A DNA stretch of 31,162 nucleotides from a virus. Lineage: Duplodnaviria > Heunggongvirae > Uroviricota > Caudoviricetes. This document shows, one piece after another, positions 10,400 to 20,100 of the stretch. The DNA is taken from the IMG/VR virus record IMGVR_UViG_2582580984_000003; one strand, given 5' to 3'. The notes under the pieces were generated by a model. The model searched no databases. It saw only the letters and a list, made by a program, of their open reading frames with translations, and was not told where the DNA came from. Positions within the stretch are counted from its first letter, which is position 1. Each line of letters starts with the position of its first letter. The translations under genes and the position numbers were made by a program.

Positions 10400-10419
10400 A
10401 AATGATGAGTATCGTCCTG

Positions 10420-11163
10420 TTAACCTGCTGCGCTGACAGTCACCGCAGCCACAGCCACAAAATTCCCGTCAGCGGTCATGCCCACAATGCTGACACTGCC
10501 CTGCTTCACGCCTTTCACCGTGGCCACAAGCCCGTTCAGGGTCACCGTGGCAGTCTGTGGATCTGTCGAATGCACACTGATCGCTTTGTCACTGGCTCCG
10601 TCAGGTTTTACTGTAAAGGTCAGCGTGGTGGTTGCTCCCACTTTTACACTGGCAGATGCCGGTGCCACCGTCAGCCCGGTAACGCTCACTGTTTCAGTGC
10701 CTTCCTCTGCCAGATACGGACGCCCCACACCGCTGATTTTCACTGTGCGGGTCATCACGTCTTTTGAGGCAATGGTTTTACCCAGTGAACTCAGCCAGCC
10801 ACGGAAAACATCAACAGTACCGTTGGGATATTTGATACGAAACGCGCAGACTTCACCGGAGTCGAACAACTGAACCAGTTTTTTCTGCCCGCTGTCACCC
10901 GGACGCCAGGCCAGCGTCGCCGAAGTATCACCAACGGATTTCTGCCCCTGGGTTGTCGTTTTCCAGTCTGCATCTTCATCATCGAGATAAGTGTCATCTT
11001 CTGCATCAGCGGTCATTTCGCCAGGTTGCAGATCCTTCACCATCGCAAGACGCAGCCAGTCAGTGTCCGACAAAGGATTCGCAAACGCATCGCCGTTGCC
11101 GGTATACATCCAGAACGTCGTCCCCGCACCTTTCGTCTTTGCCAGTGGATTTGGTGTGGTCAT
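10420..11163 (-). CDS. V: Major tail tube protein V with C-terminal Ig-like domain
   Basis: ORF-track N-terminal extension rejected; ATG at 11163..11161 preceded by AAGGAGGTG. N-terminus MTTPNPLAKTKGAGTTFWMYTGNGD..ANPLSD resembles lambda gpV; C-terminal ~90 aa is Thr/Val-rich Ig-like. Confidence 0.9.
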   Translation of the reverse strand: MTTPNPLAKTKGAGTTFWMYTGNGDAFANPLSDTDWLRLAMVKDLQPGEMTADAEDDTYLDDEDADWKTTTQGQKSVGDTSATLAWRPGDSGQKKLVQLFDSGEVCAFRIKYPNGTVDVFRGWLSSLGKTIASKDVMTRTVKISGVGRPYLAEEGTETVSVTGLTVAPASASVKVGATTTLTFTVKPDGASDKAISVHSTDPQTATVTLNGLVATVKGVKQGSVSIVGMTADGNFVAVAAVTVSAAG

Positions 11164-11173
11164 TACCACCTCC

Positions 11174-11575
11174 TTAATTCGTGTACGTGATCTGGTACGT
11201 GATTTCCGCCATCGCCCAGGTGGCCATCTCATTATCACGTTGATAGTTAAAACCGAGTGGGATCAGGGTGTCGATGAGTCCGGAAAGTGCCGGTATATCA
11301 TTCAGGGCAGGAAAAATGGTGCTCTCCATCCACATATCCAGCTCTGAATCCGGTGCCTGTGCCCGGATGAAGACGGCAATATGCAGAACAGCCTGCCAGT
11401 CATCTTCATCCGTCATTTTTCCGGTGTACTGAGCATCACTCAGCCACACCGCCACGGCAGGCAGTTCCTGCGCATCAATAAATGCCGGAAGCCCGTCAAA
11501 AAACGTGGCGCTGTCTCCACACTGTTCCCGAAGGCGTGCCAGTACGACCTGGCGGATTTGTGTATGTCGGTTCAT
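11174..11575 (-). CDS. U: Tail terminator protein U
   Basis: ATG at 11575 overlaps the Z stop (ATGA); motifs ATFFDG and PAVAVWL match lambda gpU (ATFFDG, PAVAVYL). Confidence 0.85.
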   Translation of the reverse strand: MNRHTQIRQVVLARLREQCGDSATFFDGLPAFIDAQELPAVAVWLSDAQYTGKMTDEDDWQAVLHIAVFIRAQAPDSELDMWMESTIFPALNDIPALSGLIDTLIPLGFNYQRDNEMATWAMAEITYQITYTN

Positions 11576-12162
11576 CGGGTCAGCCATAATCTCAGTTGTT
11601 GTTTCAGTGCATACCCCAGCTGTTTCGGCATTTCCGCAGCAATGATGCGGTCGCGGGCATCTTCAAATGCCTGTGTCAGCGGTCCGGACAGCGGGATTTT
11701 CACTACCTCCACAGGAAGACGATTTTTTCTTGGCCTGCCCTGATGGTCATGCCCTGTTGCAAAACGCGCTTCAGGAAGACGCCTAAGAACATGCCAGCGG
11801 CCATTCGCCAGTTGCTGAACAAATGCCCCCCGGAAAAAGTATTTTCCCACTCTCAGTCCTTCACCAGCACGCCGCCGTGTTGTGTTCAGTTTGATGGCGG
11901 GCAGATTGCCCCGGTTAACGCGGATCCTGGCCGTCATTTTTCCTGACGGACTGGCTTTAAACACCCGGACACGCTGACGTACCAGTTTCAGGGGGATCCC
12001 TTTCACCTGGTTATCTCCCGCAACGGTATTCCCGGCAACCTGCCGGGTGGCAACCGAGACCGCTTTCTGTGCCACACGGTTTATCGCCCATGCGCTGGCC
12101 TGTGGCACCATACGGGTATCAAGGCTGTTCAGATTGCGGATGGCATTCTCAAGCCCCTTCAT
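11572..12162 (-). CDS. Z: Tail completion protein Z
   Basis: 196-aa ORF, ATG start; N-terminus MKGLENAIRNLNSLDTR and motif VAGDNQVKGIPL..RVNRGNLPAIKL match lambda gpZ. Confidence 0.85.
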   Translation of the reverse strand: MKGLENAIRNLNSLDTRMVPQASAWAINRVAQKAVSVATRQVAGNTVAGDNQVKGIPLKLVRQRVRVFKASPSGKMTARIRVNRGNLPAIKLNTTRRRAGEGLRVGKYFFRGAFVQQLANGRWHVLRRLPEARFATGHDHQGRPRKNRLPVEVVKIPLSGPLTQAFEDARDRIIAAEMPKQLGYALKQQLRLWLTR

Positions 12163-12173
12163 CCCACACCTCT

Positions 12174-12449
12174 TTACTCAATAAAGATCATTGGCTTACC
12201 GTTAAAGCGTTCATGCCGTGTGACCGTCCATTGTTGTCCGTCATAAACAACGCGATCCCCGCGCCGTGGGCGGTATCCCGAAGAAAACACCACCAGAGAG
12301 ACCGCAGGTCCGGACAGAGCATTCAGCTCTGCCAGTGTTTCTCCCGGGATCACAGTCATATCGACATCATTAACCGAGGCTGTCTTTCCCATCTTTCTGA
12401 CCGTGATCGCATCCATACGCGCTGCCAGCCGGGAAAAGGGATCAGACAT
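12174..12449 (-). CDS. Head-tail joining protein (FII-like by position)
   Basis: 91-aa ORF with ATG start between the head genes and Z; the upstream gene's stop overlaps its start region. Assignment is by synteny only. Confidence 0.5.
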   Translation of the reverse strand: MSDPFSRLAARMDAITVRKMGKTASVNDVDMTVIPGETLAELNALSGPAVSLVVFSSGYRPRRGDRVVYDGQQWTVTRHERFNGKPMIFIE

Positions 12450-12765
12450 TGAGTTTTACCGGCACTTCTTCTGCACTGGTTCCGGCATCTGCCCAGACAA
12501 CCCCGACCAGCGGATCAGAGCCACTGTTAGTCAGCTGAACTTTTCCGGACTTCAGATAAACCTTCTTACCCGTTTTCATATCATCCGTTTTCAGCTTAGG
12601 CAGCATAAACACACCTTCGGTCATGCCGTCGCCTGTTTCACCCTGTGGAATATCGGTCAGCGCCACCGCAAAAACATCACCCACCTGCACCAGATCTCCG
12701 CTGCTGATGGCTGCACTGGCAACAATCGCCACCGTTTTTCCTTCTTCTACAAAATTCTTTGCCAT
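12442..12765 (-). CDS. Small head-associated protein (DUF2190-like; possible decoration or cement protein)
   Basis: ORF trimmed to ATG at 12765..12763 preceded by GGAGACAGTT; 107 aa, Gly/Val-rich, immediately downstream of the capsid gene. Confidence 0.5.
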   Translation of the reverse strand: MAKNFVEEGKTVAIVASAAISSGDLVQVGDVFAVALTDIPQGETGDGMTEGVFMLPKLKTDDMKTGKKVYLKSGKVQLTNSGSDPLVGVVWADAGTSAEEVPVKLNV

Positions 12766-12850
12766 AACTGTCTCCGCACTGCCCCGTTCAGGGGCTGATT
12801 TCAGGTACAAAAAAAGCCCTTACGGGCATCAGAGTTGTTGTCTGCGACGT

Positions 12851-14809
12851 TTACGCCGTACATTTCACCAGACCGCGGTGATCAACTGGCGCGACACCGG
12901 CGTCAATACGCACTTTCGTTGTCACGCCATCCACACTGAAGCCCTCCATCTGATCAATATATGGCGTATCCACACCGTTGAGATAAGCCACTTCAATCGT
13001 ATCGGAGCCTTTTGACGCAGCCAGGTAGAAGGTGGTCTGGCTGTTATCATCAAGACGAGGCTCTGCAATAACGGTCGCAAAATCTTTCACCGGGTTAATA
13101 ATACCGGCGTTAATGTCAGCCCCCTTGACACTTGAGGAGCGAATGACCTGGTTAGCAACAGACTCCATCGCCGTCGGTACCAGTACGAACGCAGGACGAA
13201 TATTCAGATGACGCTCCCCCTCTTTCTGAACGCGCATCAACTGGCGGGCTTTATCCAGCGATGCCACGTCCATTGCAGCGCTCTCCAGTACGTTTGCATG
13301 TTTCGCTTTATCGAACAGACTTACATTATCTGTGGAGATTTTCGGGTTAGACGTCAGAATGGCATAAACCAGATCGGCAATAGTGGATTTCGCCGCACGG
13401 CCCAGTTTCATCGGGACATCGGTCAGCATATTCAGATCATCATTGATAATGGCCTGACGGGTGATACTGAACAGCTCGCCATAGGTCGCCAGTGCAATAG
13501 TGGCCTGTTTATCTCCGGTGGTGACGTATTTATATTCCGCCCCTTCACGCACCTGACGCAGAGCACTGAAGCCCCCCATACCCACACGATGGGCAATTTT
13601 AAAATCAGACAACTGACCTTTCCGCGTCCACTGTTCATAGGTTTCAGGAGCATCTTCCCAGCCCTGCAGAATGGCTTTGTTCGCAACATCCAGCAGAATA
13701 TTACCGAAGTCAGACGTACTGTGTGTGAACGCCGCACCGACCATCTGCATCGGGTTATAACTGGAAACACCAATACCACGTTCAGTCAGTGACATACGGG
13801 CATATTCACGCAGGGTCATCCCGTTGTAGACATTATCACGTTCAGTTTTTTCAAACCCGGCGCGCGCCATCAGCGCCTGGCGGATCCCGTCCCCCACAAA
13901 ATTACCGTTACCGGCATAAATATGAGCCGGGGTATTTTTATTGGATGGCGTGGACTCGCGCCCCATCTCGTTCAACAGCTTTTCGCGGGCCTGCTCCAGC
14001 GAACATTCAGGATCGGCAAGACACTGAGCCTGCAACGACTGATAACGCCCGCCAAACATGGCAAACAGATCATTAATACCGTTTACACGCGCTTTTTGCT
14101 CTGCCAGGACCTGCGCACGGATGCTGTTTTCATCCACCACGGGTGCTGCTGCCTGCACTGGCGTCCGGGAGGCTGCAGGTCCATCATCCTGTACGCGTGG
14201 AGCACTGTTGCGTGGCGGAGTAATCATATTTCGAATGGATTCCGGCATCTTTTTAAATTCCTCTGTACGTTTTGACTGAATACATGCCATTGCCTTAACG
14301 GCTGGTGTCACCTGATCAGCAAATCCCTGTGCCAGACATTCGGCACCGGACATCCAGGTCTCATCCGCCAGCATGGCAGCAATTTCATCGGTGGTTTTCC
14401 CGGTTTTCTGTGCATAAGCGGGTAACAGAACCGCCTCAACTTTATCGAGCAGGTCGGCATAGGTGCGCATGTCCTCCGCATCACCGCCCGTAAAGCCAAA
14501 TGGTTTATGAATCATCATGAAGGAGTTTTCCGGCATAATGACCGGGTTTCCCACCATCGCAATGACCGACGCCATTGACGCCGCCACACCGTCGACATAA
14601 ACGGTAATGGACGCACCATGTGTTTTCAGTGCATTAAAAATGGCGATGCCTTCAAAGACATCGCCACCCGGTGAATTAATATGGAGATTAATGTGGGTGA
14701 TATCGCCCAGTGCATTCAGATCACTGATAAACTGCTTCGCCGTAACACCCCAGAAACCAATCTCGTCATAAATATAAATATCCGCGTCACTCTGGTGACC
14801 TGCCTGCAT
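12851..14809 (-). CDS. Prohead protease (ClpP/S14-like) fused to HK97-fold major capsid protein
   Basis: Single 652-codon frame from ATG at 14809 (14 nt after the portal stop). N-terminal domain carries ClpP-like active-site motifs (GVAASMAS, MMIHKP); C-terminal ~300 aa looks like a major capsid protein. No stop separates the two parts. Confidence 0.8.
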   Translation of the reverse strand: MQAGHQSDADIYIYDEIGFWGVTAKQFISDLNALGDITHINLHINSPGGDVFEGIAIFNALKTHGASITVYVDGVAASMASVIAMVGNPVIMPENSFMMIHKPFGFTGGDAEDMRTYADLLDKVEAVLLPAYAQKTGKTTDEIAAMLADETWMSGAECLAQGFADQVTPAVKAMACIQSKRTEEFKKMPESIRNMITPPRNSAPRVQDDGPAASRTPVQAAAPVVDENSIRAQVLAEQKARVNGINDLFAMFGGRYQSLQAQCLADPECSLEQAREKLLNEMGRESTPSNKNTPAHIYAGNGNFVGDGIRQALMARAGFEKTERDNVYNGMTLREYARMSLTERGIGVSSYNPMQMVGAAFTHSTSDFGNILLDVANKAILQGWEDAPETYEQWTRKGQLSDFKIAHRVGMGGFSALRQVREGAEYKYVTTGDKQATIALATYGELFSITRQAIINDDLNMLTDVPMKLGRAAKSTIADLVYAILTSNPKISTDNVSLFDKAKHANVLESAAMDVASLDKARQLMRVQKEGERHLNIRPAFVLVPTAMESVANQVIRSSSVKGADINAGIINPVKDFATVIAEPRLDDNSQTTFYLAASKGSDTIEVAYLNGVDTPYIDQMEGFSVDGVTTKVRIDAGVAPVDHRGLVKCTA

Positions 14810-14822
14810 CCTGAACCAAGAA

Positions 14823-16331
14823 TTATTCTTCGGACTGGTCGTCGGTGTGCTGCGGCTCCTGTCGTTTCGTTGCGGCACTGCTGCCTCCTTTATCACTGGC
14901 CGGATCGGTATCAAATACCAGATCCAGCTTGCGGTTTTCATCAATTTCGGCCTTGCGCCGACGTTTGACATCATCTGGATTACGACCACCTGCACGTACC
15001 CAGTCTGATTCTGTCGCCGCTCCACCACGAATCTGAATTTTCCAGGCCTCAGCCTCCTTAACAGGGTCAATCCACGGCATCACCGGTCCGGAATACACCG
15101 CGGTATACAGTGAAGATCGGTCCAGATCGCGGGGTAGCCTGATAACACCGGATACCACAGCCTGTTTCAGCCAGGCACGGTACATCGGGCGGGTGACGGC
15201 ACCAATAAACCAGTCCTGCAGGATCAGGTAGCCATCAGTAGATTCAACCAGCTCCTGACGCTGGGCGCTGTAAGTGCCGTTATAGTTGCGCGCTGTACTG
15301 GAAAAACTCAGACGACTGCCCGCAGCCACGGCACGCAACTGACCATTACGAAAAGTTTCAAGGTTAGGATTGGGGCGATCCGACTTCACCATTCCGATTT
15401 CTTCGCCGGGTTTCAGATCGTCGTAAATAATGCCTGGCTGAATGGTAAGCTCGCGTTCATTCTCCTTGCTGTCATTACCATCCGTTTCATAGCTCTGTCC
15501 GTCGCCTTTCCGGATGTACATCCCCAGAGCAGCGGCGATCCTTGCTGCAGTCAGCTCAGAATCTTCATACTCTTTCAGAGCACTGAGGCGGATCAGCACA
15601 CCGGACAACAAAGACGTCCCGCGCATCTGGTGCAGACGGCGAACAAATTTAAGATGCAGCATTCGCTCTGCATCCACTTCTTTGGTTTCCATCTGCCGCC
15701 CGGATACGGGACGGCTTTTATACACCAGATATTTTTCGGGACGCCCCCAGTCATCAACAAACACGCCCTGATTCAGCCTGTTGCTCTCATCACTGGTCAT
15801 GGGAATAAAGTCCGGCTCGAGCGCCTCCAGCCAGAAATGAACACCGGCAGAAGGCGTCAGGCTGTTTATGCGCCCGGAAACCATCTGGGCAAACACCTCA
15901 CCATCGCGCAGCCAGGTACGCAGCATCAGACGTTCCAGCATCGGACGGGTAAACTGCCCGGTGACCTCCGGACTGACAGACCATTCACTCCATCGGGTAC
16001 GTATCTCCGCTGCCAGATCACGGGCAATGGCCCCATTGCGTAATACCGGATGTGGCTCGACAATAATCCCGTTTTTCCCCACCACCCGTTCTTCCAGCTT
16101 GTCAAATACACCAATGACCAGATCGTGGTTGTTATCAAGGTAACGAGCCTGCTCACGTAACGACACGGCCCCGTACTGGCTTAACTGGTCGGCAGTTCGG
16201 TTCTCCCGTCGGGCTTTGTGTGTCCGCGTCGTTTTTACGGCCTCATAAGCCTGGATCACCGCACGGGAACGCAGCCTTGCCGCTTTCCATCCTGGTGAAA
16301 AAACGCCAATCACATCATCAAGAATTGCCAT
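14823..16331 (-). CDS. B: Portal protein
   Basis: ORF trimmed to ATG at 16331..16329, overlapping the W stop (TGATG); 502 aa with acidic C-terminus; position between W and the protease. Confidence 0.85.
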   Translation of the reverse strand: MAILDDVIGVFSPGWKAARLRSRAVIQAYEAVKTTRTHKARRENRTADQLSQYGAVSLREQARYLDNNHDLVIGVFDKLEERVVGKNGIIVEPHPVLRNGAIARDLAAEIRTRWSEWSVSPEVTGQFTRPMLERLMLRTWLRDGEVFAQMVSGRINSLTPSAGVHFWLEALEPDFIPMTSDESNRLNQGVFVDDWGRPEKYLVYKSRPVSGRQMETKEVDAERMLHLKFVRRLHQMRGTSLLSGVLIRLSALKEYEDSELTAARIAAALGMYIRKGDGQSYETDGNDSKENERELTIQPGIIYDDLKPGEEIGMVKSDRPNPNLETFRNGQLRAVAAGSRLSFSSTARNYNGTYSAQRQELVESTDGYLILQDWFIGAVTRPMYRAWLKQAVVSGVIRLPRDLDRSSLYTAVYSGPVMPWIDPVKEAEAWKIQIRGGAATESDWVRAGGRNPDDVKRRRKAEIDENRKLDLVFDTDPASDKGGSSAATKRQEPQHTDDQSEE

Positions 16332-16543
16332 CAGAACCTCGCCAGCCGGTACCCGGGATGCCCCCGTCGTCGTGTAATCAGAGCCGCAAGGCGGCGCTCC
16401 CACTCCTGCCGCCCCTGCCGGATCTCAGATAAGTTTTCCATGGTCATCTGCTGACCATTAAAAGTGACGGATTTTCCGTCCAGCACCGCCATTTCAGCTT
16501 CCGTATAACGCTGAATCATGGCTTCAATATCATTCTGATTCAT
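16331..16543 (-). CDS. W: Head-tail joining protein W-like
   Basis: ATG at 16543 overlaps the terminase stop (ATGA) with GGAGG 6 nt upstream; C-terminus ..TRRRGHPGYRLARF resembles lambda gpW ..RRRGPAGFYV. Confidence 0.7.
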   Translation of the reverse strand: MNQNDIEAMIQRYTEAEMAVLDGKSVTFNGQQMTMENLSEIRQGRQEWERRLAALITRRRGHPGYRLARF

Positions 16544-18642
16544 AACCATCCTCCGGAAGTCAGCCAGGGGTTAACATCGTCAGTTACTGTTTTCTTCCGT
16601 TTTTGTTTTTTAACAGGCGTGGGTACCGGTTCCGGTGAGGGTGACGGTTCGGTACTGTCCGGGACACACTCCAGCCAGGTTTCCCGGCTCGCCCACTCCG
16701 GTGCATCCGGCCAGCGGATCTTTTCGTATCCATGCAGAATGACCAGAGCCTCGGCATACACCATCAGGTCAAAAGCTTCGTTGGCACCGCGACCCGGCTT
16801 ACTCCATTTCCCGTCACTGCTCCGCTCTTCATACGTCAGTTCGTCGTAAAACCAGCTCCCCAGCCAGTCAGGGAAATGCACATAGCCGGGACCTGGCGAG
16901 TCACGCCATAACGCGTTATTCACCCGGTCTTTCAGGGCATCCGTCTGAAGAAGCCAGAGCGGCACATCACCTGCGGCCTGCGCCCGTCGGCCCGTTCGTC
17001 CGGTGTTATCAGGGAATGTACGGGTGATCAGTTTTGCTCGCCGGATGCTGTCGCCCTTAAACAGGTAAATACGTTTACCAAGGCCATCACGACGGCAACG
17101 ACGCCAGAATTTATAGGCATTATCAGTGACCCCGTCTTCACCGCCGGAGTCCACCGCCATTGCCATCAGTCGCATTTGTTGAGAAGGGTCGGAGGCCAGC
17201 GGCCAGCTTTTATGAAAAACATCCGTCAGCAGGACATCCCAGTCTTCCGGATAGCTGGCCGGATCAATTCGCTGGCTCTCCCCGTCGCTGTCACCGCGCA
17301 ATGACTGCGTGATGTTGTAACGATCAATAATCCAGCGTTCGCCACGGCTGCCATAGCCCGTTACCTGAACCACAAAACGGCGATGACGTCCCGCCTGCAC
17401 ATCCACTGTCGCCACAAGGAAATTAACGCCATCCGGCACACTGCGGGAAGGAACTGGCTCTGCCCGCTGCTCAAGCAATTCACTTTTTCGTTGCTCCATG
17501 CTGGCGCGGGGAAGATAAGGTAATCCCCAGTCGGTATTGATAACCGTCTTGAGTGTCTCTTCACTTCCGGTTGTCTCGTATTCCTGTTCTGCAGTAAGCA
17601 GTTTGTAAACGAGTTGCGAGAGTGTCTGATAAGCAGCTGCCGGACCCTCCATCCAGAATGACGCAATACGTGAACGCCGGGGATCACCATAACGACTGCC
17701 ATCTGCATTGATGGATTCACCATCCCGTAACCAGACCCCACGTCCGTTCAGCTCGCGTTTTTGTTCAGGCAAAATCCGTCCTGAACAGGAAGGACACTGA
17801 ATATAAGCCGCCTCACTTGCCAGCACAGGATCGGCAATATCACGGAAACCAGCAACCACATCGCCGCAGGGCTGAAAATACTCACCACAGTGTGGACAGG
17901 GCCAGTACCAGCGACGGCGATCGCCACGGTTATAGAGCGACAGGATCCCCGTGGTTGGTGGAGCCTCATGCGGTGAAGTCCGTCGCCATTTCACATCCTT
18001 CACATCCCTGCCGGGGGAACTCTCCACCAGCGTCATACCACTGGACATAAATGTGGTGGTACGTTTTGAGGCAAGAGAGAAGGCATCCCCCTCACCATCA
18101 ATATCTTCCGGAAAACGGTCATAATCCGTCAGCGCCACGCATTTATAATCTGATGAAGACATGATATTGACTGACGGCCAGCCGATTTTCAGGTAGTTGC
18201 CAGCAAGGAATGTTCTGTCATAAACGTTGTTGTCATTTTTGTTCGGACTCAGGCGACTGACCACTTCCGGGCTGACGCGAAACGTTCTGGCGAGTCGTTT
18301 TTTGGAGTGTTCGCGGGCTTTTTCCTCCGTCATCTGAATGATCAGCATATCAGCAGGATCGCAAATCACGTTGTAAATCACCCAGCCGTCAATCAGGCCG
18401 ATAGTCTTGCCGGTTCGTGCCGGGCCAACAAATATCACTGCGTCGTATTCACGCGAGGCCAGGCAGTTCATAGGCTCAATAACATACGGTGCCACCAGCG
18501 GATCCCATGGGACTGAGTTCCCTGCCCCCATGGGCACCCGCATATACTGAGCAACGGCATCAGCAACCCGCATTCGTCTCGGTGCGCGAAGGATATAACC
18601 TGAATCGGTTCGTGCTGCCTTTGCGGTTTCCTGATTCAGCAT
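16540..18642 (-). CDS. A: Terminase large subunit (GpA family)
   Basis: 700-aa ORF; Walker A motif GPARTGKT; ATG overlaps the Nu1 stop (TAATG). Confidence 0.9.
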   Translation of the reverse strand: MLNQETAKAARTDSGYILRAPRRMRVADAVAQYMRVPMGAGNSVPWDPLVAPYVIEPMNCLASREYDAVIFVGPARTGKTIGLIDGWVIYNVICDPADMLIIQMTEEKAREHSKKRLARTFRVSPEVVSRLSPNKNDNNVYDRTFLAGNYLKIGWPSVNIMSSSDYKCVALTDYDRFPEDIDGEGDAFSLASKRTTTFMSSGMTLVESSPGRDVKDVKWRRTSPHEAPPTTGILSLYNRGDRRRWYWPCPHCGEYFQPCGDVVAGFRDIADPVLASEAAYIQCPSCSGRILPEQKRELNGRGVWLRDGESINADGSRYGDPRRSRIASFWMEGPAAAYQTLSQLVYKLLTAEQEYETTGSEETLKTVINTDWGLPYLPRASMEQRKSELLEQRAEPVPSRSVPDGVNFLVATVDVQAGRHRRFVVQVTGYGSRGERWIIDRYNITQSLRGDSDGESQRIDPASYPEDWDVLLTDVFHKSWPLASDPSQQMRLMAMAVDSGGEDGVTDNAYKFWRRCRRDGLGKRIYLFKGDSIRRAKLITRTFPDNTGRTGRRAQAAGDVPLWLLQTDALKDRVNNALWRDSPGPGYVHFPDWLGSWFYDELTYEERSSDGKWSKPGRGANEAFDLMVYAEALVILHGYEKIRWPDAPEWASRETWLECVPDSTEPSPSPEPVPTPVKKQKRKKTVTDDVNPWLTSGGWL

Positions 18643-19136
18643 TACTCCTCCTGCTGTAATTCCTCCTCATCATCCGCACCTGGTTCAGTCACCCGCAGGG
18701 CTATCTGATCGCGCAGATCATCAATAATGGACTGAACACGGCTCACAGCGGCAGGCTGCAGACCGCAGTCACGTTCAAGAATATCCGGTAATGTCTCCAG
18801 CACCTGCACGACCGCTTTTGCCCAGATGGCAAACTCCCGTCTGACATCACTGGCCGGAATGAGTTGTGCCGTTTCCTGTTCGAACTTAAGACGCTCACGT
18901 TCAGACTGATACCAGGCTTTGCGCTCATGTGCGTCCATTTCGCCTTCTGCAACCGGCGGTGGTAATGCCAGAAATGCCGACACAATATCAACCACCCGAT
19001 AAAGCTTGAGGTTGCTTTCATGCCCCCCTGCAACGGGTAGATTTTGCAGCCTTGCCGCAGCAGTCTGGCGATGTACACCTGACAGTGCCGCCAATTGACT
19101 GATATTCAGCGTCAGATTTTTTAACTCTCGATCCAT
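18642..19136 (-). CDS. nu1: Terminase small subunit (Nu1-like)
   Basis: 164-aa ORF, ATG at 19136 with GGAG RBS; N-terminal helix-turn-helix-like segment LNISQLAALSGVHRQTAAARLQN; acidic C-terminus; ~170 bp downstream of the cos-like sequence. Confidence 0.85.
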   Translation of the reverse strand: MDRELKNLTLNISQLAALSGVHRQTAAARLQNLPVAGGHESNLKLYRVVDIVSAFLALPPPVAEGEMDAHERKAWYQSERERLKFEQETAQLIPASDVRREFAIWAKAVVQVLETLPDILERDCGLQPAAVSRVQSIIDDLRDQIALRVTEPGADDEEELQQEE

Positions 19137-19306
19137 ACCCGCTCCAGAATGTTTTAAACATGCATCTTGCGAACGACTTTAGGCAAACGGTGTTAGTGAT
19201 GAACAAAAAACAATCAAAATCGACACCACAAAAATAAATATACTGTAATATCAATCTATTACAGTAGTGGTGATGACGAATGAAATTTCAAAAACTAGCC
19301 TTTTTC

Positions 19307-19324
19307 CGCGACGCTCCCGCCCCG
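19307..19324. other. Candidate cosN (cohesive-end site)
   Basis: Minus-strand GGGGCGGGAGCGTCGCGG followed by an A/T-rich tract resembles lambda cosN (GGGCGGCGACCTCGCGGG TTTTCG..); lies ~170 bp upstream of Nu1, as in lambda. Confidence 0.45.
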
Positions 19325-19688
19325 TGGCAGGGACCCCCACTGGGAGGACCCGACAGCCTGACAACCGTGACGAGCATCTGAAACAGAGCGTTACATAATG
19401 GCATGGGTATAATTCAGAAGGACATCACAGCATGCCCACACAAATTAGTGTGAGTGTCCTGTTTCTTACTACGCGCAGGACTGACGAGCATGAGGGGAAA
19501 ATACGCGAACCGAAATGCCTTATCTTCAGAAATGCAGCCGGCATCCGAACTGGACGATATTGTAAATTCACCTAAATACGAGGCATTGCTGTAGTTGAAT
19601 TGCAGTACTGTATTAGCCTTACAGTGACAGAATACGATATTGACTCTGTCACTTGTGAAATGGTCAGAATGGTTAGCAGTTATGGTGA

Positions 19689-19895
19689 TCAGTCAACCAC
19701 CAGGGAATAATCCTTCGTATTCTTATCGTGCTTTACTAACGCGGCCTCAATTGCCCTGAATGCTTCCAGAGATACTTGATGTTCTATACATGCAATTACA
19801 ACATCCGGGTAACCCATCGAAATGGTGCTATTAAGCATAGTTTTTACACGAACCTGCTCCTGGGAGGGGGCATCAGTGTATTGATCTTTATGCAT
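19689..19895 (-). CDS. Hypothetical 68-aa protein
   Basis: ATG at 19895 with GGAG 8 nt upstream; last gene before cos; no recognisable family. Confidence 0.5.
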   Translation of the reverse strand: MHKDQYTDAPSQEQVRVKTMLNSTISMGYPDVVIACIEHQVSLEAFRAIEAALVKHDKNTKDYSLVVD

Positions 19896-20100
19896 TTTGT
19901 CGCTCCATTCGTTTGCTCTTCACTTGCGGCTAAAAATATAACGTCAAATCACTCAGCATGAAAGAGTGAAAGTTTCAGCGCGTTTCCCTTACATAATCTG
20001 TCGTTTGTATTCTCTTCAGGCATACCGGAAAGACTAGGTATTGTCACACAACCAATACCATCGACAATCGAGATTTATATCTATTCGGTAATGTTTAAAT

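Noticed and set aside
10420-11238. N-terminal 25-codon extension of V in the ORF track
   Set aside because: The downstream ATG at 11163 has a strong AAGGAGGTG RBS and gives an N-terminus that matches gpV; the extension would overlap U.
12851-15070. 87-codon N-terminal extension of the protease-capsid ORF
   Set aside because: It overlaps the portal gene 3' end; the ATG at 14809 lies just after the portal stop.
14823-16403. N-terminal 24-codon extension of the portal ORF
   Set aside because: ATG at 16331 overlaps the W stop in a TGATG coupling arrangement; the extension would overlap W coding sequence.
19018-19254. 78-aa minus-strand ORF spanning the Nu1 start and leader
   Set aside because: Overlaps the Nu1 N-terminus out of frame and runs into the cosB-like region; no RBS.
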